Notes: a model not told the origin generated them from the letters alone. 64,000 nt of DNA from Takakia lepidozioides (GCA_030704615.1 CM060732.1:38254001-38318000); one strand, 5' to 3'; counted from the first letter of the stretch, positions 1-14,050 are shown. Numbers and translations: made by a program.

Positions 1-1699
1 AATTAACTGGGCTAAACTTAACCCGCATCCCTACATTTAGAGCATCCCTACATTTAGGAACTGCCCTACGTTTATAGCGGGAACAGCTCTTATTTACACA
101 AGCTTCGACGAATTTCTTTCTCTCTCCATCTATTTATTTACACATATAGGAATAACCACTCTAGAATGAACAGGCCAACCCAAACTTGGGGGACTTATTC
201 GAAAAGATCTACGTAGGTTTTCTACTGTTATTCTAGATCGACGGTGGCTGGCCTACGCCAATATATATTCAATTGGAGTTAGGGTAAATAAGAGGCCCTT
301 CCGAGCTATGCCAAATTGTGACGGACAAAAAAATTAGCATATTTTATTCGACTTGGGGTGAGTCCCGGGTGACCGGGTCAAGTATGTCGGCTGCGGGGAG
401 GGGGGAGGCTAGGCAGACTTGACTTGTGTAGCTTCAGAATGGCTGAAGCTAATGAGGATTCGAGACGCGGCCGATCGGTACGGCGGAACGGATGTACATA
501 CAGTGCCAATCATGGATGAAATTCAAACCGCTCGATGTGCGTGCCACGTGTTGTCCCGATTGCAGGCCTTGTGGGCTAGGTGCATGTGGGCCTTCGGATG
601 AAGGAGCTGACGTCGTCTAATTTTACTGTCTGCCGTGCGATGACGTGGTATGGCCTTTTCACACGCGACGCCTCGAGGCCGCCCTGTTTTGGCAGTTTCG
701 CCGCAGCTTTCGCCACATGCCCTTCTCCGCATGTGTATGGATGGGCCATGCATGCCATGTGATATGTACCTCACATCCATCATGCTTGCGTGCATGCATC
801 CAGAGCACCATTCGGTCGGATTGCTTGAAGCGATCTCTGTTTCGCTTTGATGTGGTAAGGAGGTGAGGAGATGAGATCATGGAAGTGTGAGGAGGTGAAT
901 GTTTGTGCTTAAGAAGTGGCGACTTGCAGATTCTGCTTCCCTGTTTCTTGCGGGTTGAGGGTGTGTAGGCTTGTTTGCATTTGTTGGCACTGTATACATG
1001 TAAACACGTACTGGTGAGGTTTGAGAGTGTTGGAATGTTTACATTTGGTTGGCATGTAGACATGTAAGCAATCACGCACTAAATCATCTCTGGGAATCGA
1101 AACGGGCAGACAGGATACAGGGATGCACGTTCGCCCTTGGCTTTTCCAAGCTCTACCAAAACCTCACATATTTGAAGTCCAGCAGTTGTTTTTATTATGT
1201 AACACATCACTCAAGGATTGTACTAACCACAAAAGTCCACCTGATCACTAAGGGAACTCTTGAAGATCTTTTGAGCTTTAACCTAGCCAGCACTGCGATG
1301 TTTTCTCTAACACTCCATACGGTGAAGCGAAATATGAAGATGTTTTGAATTATACTAGTGATATGTTGTGAAGTTATGATTGTATGAAGAGGACACACAT
1401 TTTGTCTATATCGAAATTTCTGCGAGGTGCAAGAAGTGATATGATCAAATGACTGATTGTCATTCCAACTGATATCACATTCACTGAAAGATTTCACAAG
1501 AAGAGATATGATATGACGAGCGCCTTTCTCTAAGTAAACTCCACACTTTCACGGCTGTAAGCAAGGTCAGCCGACTCCCTTCAAAGATTTTTCAGCGCCG
1601 TGCCCCCAACACTCGCAACAAATCTGAAGCAGTGGTAACAATTGTGCCATCTCATAATTACTGCTCATCCGCTGGAAGTGTTGAAAGAGTGACCAAAGG

Positions 1700-2950
1700 C
1701 ACCCCCTCCAAAATAAAACAAGACGGTTGGTTTTGAAGTGATGAAAGCGTTGGAATCTCTCTTGCTCCACAATCTTGAAGATGGCATTATGACATCGATA
1801 CACACCTAGAGGATCTGAAGGGGGAGCGCTGATGACGCCGAAAGCAATGGTCACCATTTCGCTGTTGTGGCAGGGAGCCTCTTCCTTCTGCGGCTGACGC
1901 ACATCGTGCGATACAAAGCCAGTTTCGGGTACGTATCTTGTCTCCTTCATCTGTGTAGTCAGTCTCCCCAGCTCACCATATATCACTGTCTGTTGGTGCG
2001 ATCTATGCTCAACGAAGCAAGAATGTACCCTGCTATTTAACCTCATTCAACCTGCGCCCTGGCTCTTTCTCCACACCGCAGTCCTCCATCGCTCTTCTTA
2101 CCTTTGCTCTGTCCTTACTATGTCCTTCCACGTGCCCCTCGCAGCATAATGTTTGAAAGTTCAAAGCACAACAGAATTGTGTGGTATCTGACTCAAACTT
2201 GGTGTTCATGATGCCCGCATGGAGCTGGTTGCTCCGTTCTAGAGCGGCTAGACTAGCACATGCAGTTAGAATGCTACTAATTGTCTGGCAGCAGGCCTTC
2301 TCGTTGCAATTGCTGAAGAGTTCGTAACTTTTCATCGGTATGCTGAGAACTTCCAGCAACCGGAGTATGCCAGTGGATCCATCTCGTGAAGCACTTGAAC
2401 TTGACCTTGTTTGACTCAATGCTTTCTCGCTGCATTTGTCCAAAGAGTGAAGCTTGCATATCGTTTATGCAGCTGTAGAACACTGCATCCACAACACTCT
2501 TGGACTACATGCTGACAAGGAGGTTTCCTTGGAAAACGCTTGGTTCTAATGCACTTTTAATATGTGGGCATGGATCCCCTGCCATCTGCTAGGGCTTTCC
2601 TCTTGCTACCCTTCTGCAAGGACGCTCACAGGTCTCCAAACTCGCCTCAACTCCTCTCTGATCCATCTTAATCAACATTTGCAGTGTCTTCTTTCAATCG
2701 TCCCTTGGTATTCTCACATCCCCACTCATTGTGGGAGTTTCCCTATTTCTTCCCCGCCCCACCTGCTGGTGATAACGTCACCCTTCTTTGGAAGCAGTAG
2801 TTGAGCCAATACTAAACCCTTCCCCGAACTGTTGTGACCAACAATAACCTGGATTGGATTCCACACTTGAAACCAGCATGAAACTATGCAACATCTTTTG
2901 TGGTGTTGTATGGTCTTGCCCAGAATGGTACCCAGCATTAAGTAATGGAG
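1700..2950 (-). pseudogene. PLS-class PPR-E-DYW RNA-editing factor pseudogene
   Basis: ORF 1567-2046 reads VHSCFVEHRSH..IYGELGRLTTQMKETRYVPETGFVSHDV..KEEAPCHNSEMVTIAFGVISAPP..RFHHFK, a DYW domain with HSE changed to NSE and CxxC lost. ORF 2033-2443 has PPR remnants (ISSILTACASLAALE) and the E/E+ motif DRAKVRRAMEDCGVEKEPG. Frameshifts and deletions are present; upstream boundary approximate. Confidence 0.85.
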
Positions 2951-3136
2951 TTTCTGGGCGAGATGATCCCATTCGGAATCAGCCTCATTGATTGCTCTCT
3001 TGAAATTGCTGGTGCTTCACACTCTCATTCCAAAGTGAGAACAGATTTTTCTGTTTCTCAAATATTTTCTTCCCTGTATTTCTTCTTGTTCCTTATCTGT
3101 TGAATATTTCCCTTTCTTTTCCCCTCTCTCTCTCTC

Positions 3137-3985
3137 TCCGCAAGTCTTGACCCTGCTGGATAAATCTGACTTAGAGGCTGTAGTGTCCTCAGCCATGTCT
3201 GTTGCCATGAGATTGTCTGATGAAAATGAAGTTAGGCAGAAAACTTCCCTGAACTTGTTTCCAGTCAGTGACATGGGGCAGGACATCTTGGATGACCTCA
3301 AGGGTCTACCCACTCTCGGCACTAGACTGAACTCAGGGCAGGAAGCCTACCTTTGAACAGCAAACAGAAGCAGAGAGGAAAGGGAGAGTGAAATTGCCCG
3401 CTGTGTGGGCAATCTGAAGACAGTATTCACTTTCTGATACACTGTCCGGGGTTCTCTCTCCAAAGAGACGCTCTCTTCAATTCTATCAAGGGAATTCTGC
3501 CTGTACCCCTGTTTAACAACTTTGAAAGTCTCGAGGCTGAGCCGAAAGCCCAGGCCCTCCTGAGGCCTAGTTTTTGGGCAAATCACACACAACAGATTGA
3601 TGCTTGTGTGAAGGGATTTCTAGAGGATATCTGGAAAACCCGGATTAATTCTATATATGATGGTAAGTCACACTACCAACGTCAGCCCCTGACAGAGGTA
3701 GGTTCTGTCCCTTTTGTTCCCGCTCAAACTGGGCGCGGGGTCAATGGCCACAAGGCTACGGCAAACAACGTCTTATGAGTACAATCTGTGCATGAGGCTA
3801 CGGCAGACAACATCTTATGAGTACATTCTCTCTCTGCATGAGGCCTTCACCCTGAGACAATCACTCGAGCAATAGTTTTTATTCTTGGCTCTGGTTTTGT
3901 TTCCTCTCTCATGTTTTCTTCCATTTTGTCCCATAAGCTCTATGAGCTTTCCGCGGACGTTATAAAGCACCATTTCATTTCATTT
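3137..3985 (+). mobile_element. 5'-truncated LINE (ORF2 C-terminus, 3'UTR, (CATTT)n tail), copy 1
   Basis: Near-identical to 4677-5334 but frameshifted. Ends in hairpin AAGCTC-TAT-GAGCTT followed by CATTTCATTTCATTT. Confidence 0.8.
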
Positions 3986-4009
3986 CTCTGCATGCGGCAT
4001 GCGTCATGC

Positions 4010-4402
4010 GTCCCTGCACCTCTGTTCACCAACTCTCGAGGCTGAGCCTAAAGCCCTGGCCCTGCTGGGTCTCATTGCTGGGCAACTCACACACAGCAGA
4101 TTGATGCCTGTGTGAAGGGTTTTCAAGAGGAAACCTGGAAAACCTCAACCAATTGGTTATTAGAAGGTAAGTCCCACTACTGGAGTGAGCCCCTCACAAA
4201 GGTAGTGTATGTTCCCTCTTGTTCCGCCGGCGGGGTCAATGGCACAAGGCTATGGCAAACAACCTCTCATCAGTACATTCTCTGCATGCGGCTACGGCTT
4301 ATGAGTTTCGATCACTAGTTGTTTTTGGACTGCTTGTTGAGTGCCCCACTCTCTTTCATACTCTTTCCTGTCCCATTTCTATGAAGTGTCATCTGATTTC
4401 AT
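4010..4402 (+). mobile_element. Older degenerate copy of the same LINE 3' end
   Basis: Contains ctcgaggctgagcc..cacacagcagattgatgcctgtgtgaaggg..gcggggtcaatggc, shared with copies 1 and 2. Confidence 0.7.
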
Positions 4403-4605
4403 TCCTCTCTCACGCACGCAGTTTTTCTATCACGATGTTTAGCATCCTATGAAGCTAAAGAGATATTGGTTGGCCAGTTCCTTCTCCAGATAGCTCGTTC
4501 AAAGGTCAGCGCTCTCTCTCTCTCTCTCTCTCTCGATTGAGTTTTCTCTAGAATGTGGATCCATACATTCCATACTTGTATATTGTATGTGTTTCTTTCT
4601 ATTCT

Positions 4606-5334
4606 GCTGTATTTCTAAACAGGCCAAGTCCTGGCAGAAGAGAGTAGAAGAGATCCTCAAGGACCTGGACCTGGATCCGCAAGTCTTGACCCTGCTGGAT
4701 AAATCTGACTTAGAGGCTGTAGTGTCCTCAGCCATGTCTGTTGCCATGAGATTGTCTGATGAAAATGAAGTTAGGCAGAAAACTTCCCTGAACTTGTTTC
4801 CAGTCTGTGACATGGGGGAGGACATCTTGGATGACCTCAAGGGTCTACCCACTCTCGGCACTAGACTGAAATTTAAACTCAGGGCAGGAAGCCTACCTTT
4901 GAACAGCAAACAGAAGCAGAGAGGAAAGGGAGAGTGCAATTGCCCGTTGTGTGGGCAATCTGAAGACAGTATTCATTTTCTGATACACTGTCCGGCGTTC
5001 TCTCACCAAAGAGACGCTCTCTTTAAATCTATTAAGGGAATTGTGCCTGTACCCCTGTTTACCAACTTTGAAAGTCTCGAGGCTGAGCCAAAAGCCCAGG
5101 CCCTCCTGAGGCCTAGTTTTTGGGCAAATCACACACAGCAGATTGATGCTTGTGTGAAGGGATTTCTAGAGGATATCTGGAAAACCAGGATTAATTCTTT
5201 ATATGGAGGTAAGTCTTACTACCAACGTCAGCCCCTGACAGAGGTAGGTTCTGTCCCTTTTGTTCCCGCTCAAACTGGGCGCGGGGTCAATGGCCACAAG
5301 GCTACGGCAAACAACGTCTTATGAGTACAATCTA
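4606..5334 (+). mobile_element. 5'-truncated LINE ORF2 C-terminus with CCHC zinc finger, copy 2
   Basis: ORF 4587-5324: RLKFKLRAGSLPL..CPLCGQSEDSIHFLIHCPAFSHQR..FLEDIWKTR, the typical post-RT CCHC region of non-LTR retrotransposons. Confidence 0.85.
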
Positions 5335-6164
5335 TTCTGCTGTATTGGGACTTTAGATTGTGTGTTTTAGGGTACCCACTTACTTCCTGCTCTACTCCAT
5401 AGTTCTTTTCCCCTGCTGTCTTATCATTTAGGATGTGAAGGATTCCTCAGGGAGGGCTTGCCACTGAAGCTGACATTTGATGCTCTTTTGGACTGGACAC
5501 ATTTGTATACCAATGATTCTCAATTGTTGACTCTGTTGCCTGACTAAAATTCCAGTGTCTAGGTTCTTGATAAAAACATTGACCATGGTTTATTAGCAAA
5601 AAGTGTGCTCATAATGACTGTGTAAAGTGTAACATTGTTGTCAACACTGACTTTGTAAGGGAAAAATAGAACCTGCTTTATTGGAGTTCTCGATGTGAAG
5701 TATGAACGGATTGTGGCATTTTAGCACAAAGCTCAAAAATGCAATGTCTTTTCCATAGTTTGCTTTGTTGTTCTGATTAGCTTCATAATATTGTTTCTGT
5801 CTCATTTTAACCTTCTGACATGTGTCTGAAGAAAAGGGTTTTTCTCTATTTTCAGCCTAACCATCTACCTGATGACATTCAGCTGTGGTCTGGTATATTG
5901 ACACAAGTTCCGTGACTACAAGCTACTCTAAGCTCCCCTTGAGAAGGAATTGTCTTATGAAACATCATAAAGAGAAACTATTGAGATTTATACACATCAT
6001 CTATACTAACAGGGCATTGGATGGTGATCTTGCTACTCTGTACCCACAGTGAGATCACATACTAAGATATACAATCTATGCACAGCAGATTGACAGGTCA
6101 GAGAGGAGGATGGGGAGGAGATTTGAATGAGGATGATCTAAATGATTCGGGTTGCATGTACTCA

Positions 6165-6470
6165 TAAGCTGTAGCCGCTTGCAGAGAATGTACTACGTTG
6201 TTTGCCGTAGCCTTGTGGCCATTGACCCCGCGGGCGGAGCGCTTGAGGGAACATACACTACCTTTGTGAGGGGCTCACTCCACTAGTGGGACTTACCTTC
6301 GTATAAACAATTGGTTCGGGCTTTCCAGATTTCCTCTTGGATATCCTTCACTCAAATCAATCTGCGGTGTGTGAGCTGCACAGCAATTAGACCCAACAGA
6401 GCCAGGGCTTTAGGCTCAGCCTCTAGGTTTTCAAAGTTAGTGAACAGAGGTGCAGGGACTATGTTCTTGA
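6165..6470 (-). mobile_element. Inverted degenerate copy of the same LINE 3' region
   Basis: tttgccgtagccttgtggccattgaccccgcg is the reverse complement of 5280-5312. Confidence 0.75.
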
Positions 6471-7388
6471 TGCTTGTGTCTAGGGGAAATCTGGAAAGCC
6501 TGGAACCAAATGTTTATACCAAGGTATGTCCCACTACTGGAGGGAACCCTGTCTCGTGACAGCCAAGGTGTCCGGCAGCCCACCTCAACAGGTATTCCGC
6601 CTTCATGCCTCTGTTGAGTGCTTGTCTGGCTTTGTGTCAGTTCAATAGTTCTTTGGTTCTGTTTCTCTTCTCCATCCTTTTTGGCCCTTTTGGCCTCCAA
6701 TAGATGCAATAAACGTCTTTCTGTGTCTTCCCCTTTCTCCTACAGGAGATGGCTGCTCTAGGGAGGAAGGCTATTGAAACAGGCCAAAAGATGGATGGAT
6801 TACTTGGATGACAGTGAGAAGATGTTGCTCACCAAGTCCTTAGAAGTTGCAGCGTCTCTGCCTTCGATCTCACCTGTGCCAAGTGCGATTGCCTTTGCAC
6901 CCACATTTTTTGGCATTTCTGAAACAAGCGTCACATGGCACGATAGCCTCTTCCATGAATGGTAAATCCCCAGGTAAAGGTGAGGACGTGGAGGTCAACT
7001 GGTGACATCAGAAGCTCCGTCACTCAAACATCAAGCCCATTTAGAAGTTGGTGATGTGTAGTGTTTGTTTGCTCCTTTGGCTTCAATTTCCTGCGCACTC
7101 GTTTGCCTCTCTTTCCCTTTCCTGGGTGTCAGTTTCTTTGTTCGGCTCCCCCCCTCATGGCTTCCCTCTTGGGTGCCCAAATTCGGTGCTAGTTTGGTGT
7201 CCCTTGTCTCTCCCTTGCCTGGCTCCCGCCTCACTTGGCAGTTTTCCCGAGCTGTCCTGGCCTATTTGGTTTTCTGTTGTCTCTTGCTTCCCCCCTTGAT
7301 TCTGGGTGTTCCCAATGCATTTTCAAGGTTATTTCCAGTGTTGGGCAGTTCTTGCTTTTTTCAAAAACCTCATGTTCGGGTTCTAGGG

Positions 7389-10300
7389 TAGGGTTTAAAT
7401 TGCGGTTCTGGTTCCGGGGTGGTTATTCGGGATGAGAAAAAAGCGGTTCCGGTCTCCATTCCGGTTCTTGAACATTAGGACAGTTCCGGTCCCGGTTATT
7501 TGCTGGAAAAAGTAGCAGTTTAAAATTGCTCACAGTTAAAAGTTACATAATTAAATTTTAAAAGATCATTAAAATCCAATTTTTCTTGGGAAATTTAAAA
7601 TCTACTGTCCTATTGGTCAAATAAATATTAGTATGTTTTCCTACAAAATAGACATTTGCTGTGGCAGATGGTAGGTGGGCGGGAGTCCTTGCTCCTTCCC
7701 TATTTGCTGCAACTGCTCCCGCTCATTGCAGCAGCACAAGGTTTAGTACAAAAAATTAAACAAAATCAAGAGAATGAAGGGAGACGGAGGGATGGAGAAC
7801 AAAATAGGAGGTAAGAAAGCCTCTCATTTTAGATTAATAGCATCTTGAATGCATTGCGGGCCCACACATGGTGCGATTATTTGTTGGAAAAAGTTGCCAG
7901 TTCCAGTTAAGAGTCTGGTTCAATGTTTTTTTTTGGTCTTATGCATGTTGCACTACTGGCAACAAACTGAGCAGTGAAGTGGGCAGTTGTGGCTATAAGG
8001 CAGGATTGATCATTGAAAATGAAGGTGATTTGCTCATGTGTACGTGAAGAAGGCGATTGTGAATTGTCGAATAGTTTTGGCTATTGTTCAGTTTCAATTT
8101 TGGCGATGTGAGTTATATGGTTGTAAGCAGATTGGCGAAATTGTACTAGTGTGAGGCAGATTGTATTCATTCATCAGTCTTGCAAACCCCACCCAAAACA
8201 ACAATACACACGCAAACATTGCGTGTCCAAGTCAATGTCAGAAACCAGAATACAATCAGAGCATTCCTAGAGGATTTGAACCTCAGTCCCTAAGGACTTT
8301 GGCACCCTACAACCCGACCCAGCCTACACATACACACAAACTAGAAACGCAATGAACCAAATGAAATCGAGCTCCTGCATGCAAGACTCCAGATAGTAAT
8401 GTTGAACTTCACCTGCAATAGAACAGGAATGACCATGCCCAAAGAAAAAGAGAACATCATTGAAATATGAGAGCAAAAATAAGCACTTATGTCAGATTGT
8501 CATTACTCTTTGTGGCAGCCCCTATGCATTGAAAGCATAGCGAGTCTTGGCATCTTTCCACTGCACAATACATTCTCCCAAAGGGAAAGTGTCAATGGTA
8601 AAGAATTTATGTGCAAACATGCTTGTGCTATACCTGTTTCAATGATCTTCATGTACTGGGGGATCTTGGCTGTCAATTTCACTTGGGAAATCTTAAACAA
8701 AGAAGCTTGCAAGTCCAAATCTTGAGCATTCAAAAGATCTGGATATCACCAGCCCGCTTAGGAGAACAATATGTCGCCTTGATGACATTGAGATGGTGAA
8801 GAAACCTCATGTGAGCATCATGGTGTGTCCAGAATTGGGGGTATACAATACCTATAGCCTCCATGAGATTTTGGGCTGGCAAATGTCTTTCCAACTCCCT
8901 TGAAAGTTGTGCTGCTGCAACCTTACACTGAGTCTTGACATCAGCCAACACCCTCCTCCAAACCTCCCTAGTAACCCAAACCACTTCCCCGGTCTGAATA
9001 TTCCTGTGCTTGGCCCAAACATGTTTTCCTTGACACTCAATTGCTAAAGGTATGTTGAAATAGCAGGATCTGAAACCCATAATATAATATAAAGGTGGAA
9101 TGATTGACCTCGGCCAGACTTCAGAATTTAGCAAACTCGGGGCCTGTAAATGCCATCGTGGCATCTGTATACATAACATAGAGATCAGATTGGCAGATTT
9201 TCATTGTTGTGATGAAATCAACCACAAAAGTGCCACGAGCTTGTGCAAATTTCATCAAGGAGTTCACAGCTTTGAGCAAGGGCAGTACACAGCACAAACC
9301 CAAGAAAAACTCAATATCAACAAGAAAGTCAAGGTTGGAAGCTGCTTTGGCCTCCCCACGCTGTCCAACGCCATCTTAACCACAAGAGTCAATACTCAGC
9401 CATAACTCTCACGGCTGGTTTGAGTATACTGATCCACCGGATTTTAGTGTTCTGAAGAATTTTGTTACCTTTGGTCTCCATCAACTCGGCTAGCTTCTGA
9501 AATTCAAGGTGACGTTTTGGACTATGTGCAAAATAAGAATGCAAAGATTGCATCAAAGTTTCTAGCCGATTCACCAAGCTGAGGTCACTCAAAGTTTGGA
9601 CAGCAAAATTGGTGCGGTGGGCCATACAATTCCACCATGTGAAGAGCATTTTTTTGTTGCAATTGCACAATGACGTCTGTCCGTAGGCCCTGAAAGACAC
9701 TCATACCATCTGCGTCAAATGATACAAGACTTTGGACCAATTTCTCCCTTGTCAAACCTCCACCAATCAAGAGGGCTTCAACTATGACTCTCTTCAATGC
9801 ATCCGCAGCTTGCACCATCTACAAGTCTCTCCAATGTAAGCTATATGGGTATTCTTTACTAATTTTGGACACAATAAACATGATCAGTTGCCCAATTTTG
9901 GTTGTAATTGAGGTTACTTCATCGCATGATACTGAAGTGTACTTAGATGCCTTCACAGCCTCCCAACCAATGGCTTGCAAAACTTCTGAATTCCGCCATC
10001 TCCCAGCCGTTGTTATCGGACCAATGTTTATTTGGAGTATTCTTTACTTTTAGCCACTTGAAAAGATCTTTGAACCCCTCATAGTCAGTCATGGGCTTGC
10101 CTTGGTTAAGGATGTGGAAAATAACAACAAATTGGACCAACTTCCTCTTATCTTGGGCCACCTCTCCAACAATTTGCATCTCAATCACTGAATCCCTCAA
10201 GGAAGCTGCATACAGAGCTTCATTCTTGCAATGTTGGCTCTCTTTGCTATAGAGAAACTTCCCCACTGGTACTCCAGGCATGTCAACTGTTGTCTTCCTC

Positions 10301-10750
10301 TTACCTGCATGTTTGGTTAAGGAGTGTAACTTAGGCACAAGGATTTTGTCTTCCCCTCAATTCTGGAGCACACCTTGCACCTTACAGCATGAATCATATC
10401 ATCTTTCTCCACAACATTTTCTGCCCATGTAAATCTAGCAGCCCAAACATCTTTGAAACTTTATGTTCATGTCGTATTGGGCTTCTTTTCTTTTCTTGCT
10501 TCTAGGAGAGGCTTCATTTGTGGACAAAATCAACTGTGCAAAGCAAGATTCACCAACAACATGAGTGCAGGAACTGACATTAGATGTTCCACCATCTGAA
10601 GAGGTTCCTTGTGGCGGTGAGACAGTTTGATACCTACTATGTGACAGGCCTGCACTAGCTGAACTACTATGGAATGAATTCATGTTGGGGGAATGAGATT
10701 CAGGAACCTTGGAAAAAAAGAAATACTTGTGTTTGAAGTTACTCGGCAAT
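7389..10750 (-). mobile_element. Decayed hAT DNA transposon (ZNF862-like transposase pseudogene)
   Basis: Minus-strand fragments: KHAGKRK (10338-9943), SFDADGMSVFQG, NCMAHRTNFAVQ, YFAHSPKRHLEF..KIRWIS, IVYPQFW. Terminus TAGGGTTTAAATTGCGGTTC at 7389 with CGGTT/CCGG subterminal repeats. Many stops and frameshifts; the other end was not found. Confidence 0.8.
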
Positions 10751-11622
10751 TTCGAAGGACCATTCCCACAGACCTGACTTCAACCTACAAGCTGATATAG
10801 AGCAAGATGATCACAAGCAGGGAAATGACCGATCACTATTCCAACACTCGCTTGAACGTATTGACTCTTGAGTTAGAGCTTGAAGATCACAAACCTTACA
10901 AATCAGAAATGCACAAAACTCAATGGCAATGGCAAGGTGCAATTTTGGAGATGAAAAATATATTAATCAGTCCAATGCGCATCCAACCAGTCAACGTGAA
11001 TTTTATTTACACGATTTGAACCTCGGACCTCGGACCTCGTCTATGAAATACACATCATCTAGCCGCCACGCTACCATCCGCTTCTTGCATTACTCATGAT
11101 TTCCTAATGGTTTAATCTACAATTACACGCTCGCAGATGAGAGGGGAGCAAGGGGGGTGGGGATTTGACAGTGCGCCCCGCCGGAGCGTCGCCGGTACGG
11201 CCATCCCAGTCGACCATACCGGCAATTCTCCCACACTTGCATTCAACTCGTCGGGTAAGCGTAGTCTACTCCTGGTAGTAATATATCCTATCACTATTGA
11301 TATATCTCCCGTCTCTAGGGACTTGTGCCATTGGCCCAAGTGTCCAATGTCATCTAAGTTCAAATGCATTTTTTTTCCACAGAGCCTACGACCAGATTTG
11401 AACCGGAGACCTTTTCCTTGATATCTCTCCTGTCGAGGCTCCAACCATTGTCCCAGGAATGTCCACTTTGCTATTTTTCCCGAATTTCTGACGACCCAAA
11501 GTACTTGAAATTCCACACCGCAGGTCGAAAAATCATGAGACCAAGCCTATGCACCCCTCCTCATCGAGGGCTTTCCAACGGTACCAAGCACTAGTGTTGG
11601 GGCACCGCGGTTTGGGACATCT

Positions 11623-12120
11623 TGTGATGGCTCATGTTCTCCTGCCCTGACTTTCAGCCTATTCATCACTGTCTGACAGGTTCATCCCATGCCATTAGTA
11701 TTTACGACGGGAGACCGTTATATACAGCTTGACCTATACTTGTTTGAGGTTATCCTAGAGCTTTTGTGGCTGCATCTGGCCCCTTCACTGGTCTACGGGC
11801 CAGATCTGTTTGTAATCTAGGCAACCCGTGGCATGCTGCCACGTGGGGGTATTGCCTCACCCTAGGTTTTGGGTATAAGCTTCTTCCTGACCTTGAGTCG
11901 GGGCCTTTCTTCTCGTATATACAACCTAGTGTACGGGCTTCTGGACGTGCTCTGTGAGCTTTGGATGTGTGTGTGTTAGCTCTGCATATGTTGTACGTGG
12001 GATCCTCTACATGTTCATCGAGCTCTTCTCGTGCTGTAAAGCCCGCTCCTTCCGAGCTCTTACACCCCTAGTTTAACGTGCACTTGTGAGGACGGGAGAA
12101 TCTTATTCAAGCACAAAATA
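11623..12120 (+). repeat. 5' LTR
   Basis: Direct repeat of 25660-26154; about 17 substitutions and one 2-bp indel by eye. Confidence 0.95.
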
Positions 12121-12130
12121 TGGTGGAGTC
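12121..12130 (+). promoter_or_regulatory. Primer-binding site (TGGTGGAG, compatible with tRNA-Ala 3' end)
   Basis: TGG immediately follows the 5' LTR and is complementary to ..CUCCACCA. Confidence 0.6.
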
Positions 12131-13329
12131 TTGTGAGTAGTGGCGGCTCCGTACGTACAGTGATTTTGCACGGTTACCTCGGGTTCAATCTGGTTTTGGA
12201 AGAAGTTTTTGATTCAAGAGGAAGTTGCGATGGCGGCAGCAGCTTCACTCTTCACGTTGTGCACTTGCATTTGCTTGTCTTGCTTGTTCGTTGTGTGTTG
12301 CAATGGCATCTGTAGTTCTCTGTAGCTTGTCAAGCGAAAGAGAGGACAACGGCTCGATTTTGGTTAAGATAGAACTGAGAGTGGAGGTTGCAAACTCTGA
12401 CGTGGTGGGTTCCAGCCAGTTAGTTTTAGGCGTTCCTGTATCTGCTCCCAGTGTGGTATGGTCATCCAGTCTCGGAAGTGCCTGCAGCTCCTGTCGCGCG
12501 TCACTACAAGAGATGAGCGTTTTTAGGACTACGGCTTTGGCGGAGTCATAAAAATTGCACTAGGTAGACGACTACAGAGCGCTGAAATGCGTTGCAGTCA
12601 TAGTTTTACAACTGTGTAGTAATGGATATCACTACATGACTTCGGAAAGTTAGGGAGCATTGGTCAAACATTGTTGACCATGATGACAAGGATGGTTTAT
12701 ATGACTAGTGTGATACGTGTTTGACTACACGTGGACGACGTTTCATGGAATCTTATGACTCCATGACTGAAGATGGTTTCACAACTCTATTTATACAACT
12801 ACATCACTACACGTGTCATTTTGAAGGCACATATAATGCTAATAGGGTTGCCCATTAGGTTTTAAAAAGTTAAAAAGTTGCTAATAAGGTTGTCCATTAG
12901 GTTTTAAAAAATTAAAAAATTGCTAATAAGGTTGTCCATTAAGGTAATCGTGAACAGAGAGGAGGGCTGGGACTTTGCATTTTTTGGTCTCTTGCGCCAC
13001 ACCACCTAGCCGAGGGATGGAACGTGATGATAGCAGGATATGCAGGGGCGTGGGATGGAGGCGTTGAGCAAATGATGCAAGAAAGAGAAGAGGAGGAGGA
13101 GACGAGACGAGGAGAAGCTCGCCGTTCTTGGGAGAGTCAGCTTGGTCTTAGCAGGCGTGTTTCAATCTCTACCTACTAAGCTGCACCGTAGTGGTTCGAT
13201 CTCATAGACCAATCCGACATTACCTGACTACAGACACAAGCAGCACACACAAGAGGTCCTTTGGGTTAGGACACGAGGTCAAGGACAATGTGGTGAGGGC
13301 ACCTTCTTCTTCAACCTATTTCAGCCTGT

Positions 13330-14050
13330 GTTGCCCTCTCATCAGACTCGGCCGCAAGATGCATATTGAATTCTGTAAGTTAGGTCGTTGGGTAGATCTG
13401 TGGTGGTTTGGAGTGACTTTGGCAAGTTACTGACAGTCTTGCAGCAGGGAAGTATCCAAAAACATATAATAGAGGTGAGGAGAAGCTTTGGGGTGAACAC
13501 TTTCCGACCCCTGTCAATGGTGGGACAATGGGGACAATGGAGACAAAAAGCTGAATGCCTGTTGGATTACAGAGAGAAGTAGATGCATTTCAGATTGTGA
13601 TAAGTAGGGTTGGGGTGTTTTGGGGAAGAACTCCACACCAGTATGGTTGGGGTGTTTGCTGGTAGAATTCTAGGCTGTCAGAGGCATGAAGGAGCAGGGA
13701 TAGAGTGTGGGTCCAGATTCATCCAAGAGGGCTGGATTTCAAGCTCCACATTACCTATGATTCCCTACGGAAGGATAGCTACAAGAAACCTACATGGGTA
13801 GATGGTCAACTAGAAGCGGCAGCAGCAGCGGCACAATTGATAAAGTCAGGCACTTCTACTGAAGGCACCTCCTTCAACACATTTCACCCTGTTTTTCCCT
13901 CTTATCAGAATCGGCCCTAAATTTCCATGTTGAATTCTGCAAGTTAGCTGGTTGAGTGAATCTAGTTTGGAGTGAGTTTGACATGATACTGCCAATGTGA
14001 CAACAGGAAAGTATGTAATAGAGATGAGGAGAAGCTGTGGAATGGATACT
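13330..14050 (+). pseudogene. OSB-like PDF-motif module (degenerate)
   Basis: Fragments read EKLWGEHF..QWWDN and HPRGLDFKLHITYDSLRKDSYKKPTWVDGQLE. Repeated at 16905-17600, 33240-33373 and 40348-40960. Confidence 0.65.

Noticed and set aside
1-1500. Several 60-138 aa ORFs and TE-like sequence at the window start
   Set aside because: No recognisable motifs, termini or TSD within the window.
1567-2046. Functional stand-alone DYW deaminase
   Set aside because: The HxE histidine and CxxC zinc ligands are lost, with internal deletions.
11010-11085. tRNA-like A/B boxes on the minus strand (TAGCGTGGCGG..GGTTCAAATC); similar B boxes at ~8272-8282 and ~29120-29132
   Set aside because: No cloverleaf or acceptor stem could be formed. 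Probably TE- or SINE-derived, not tRNA genes.
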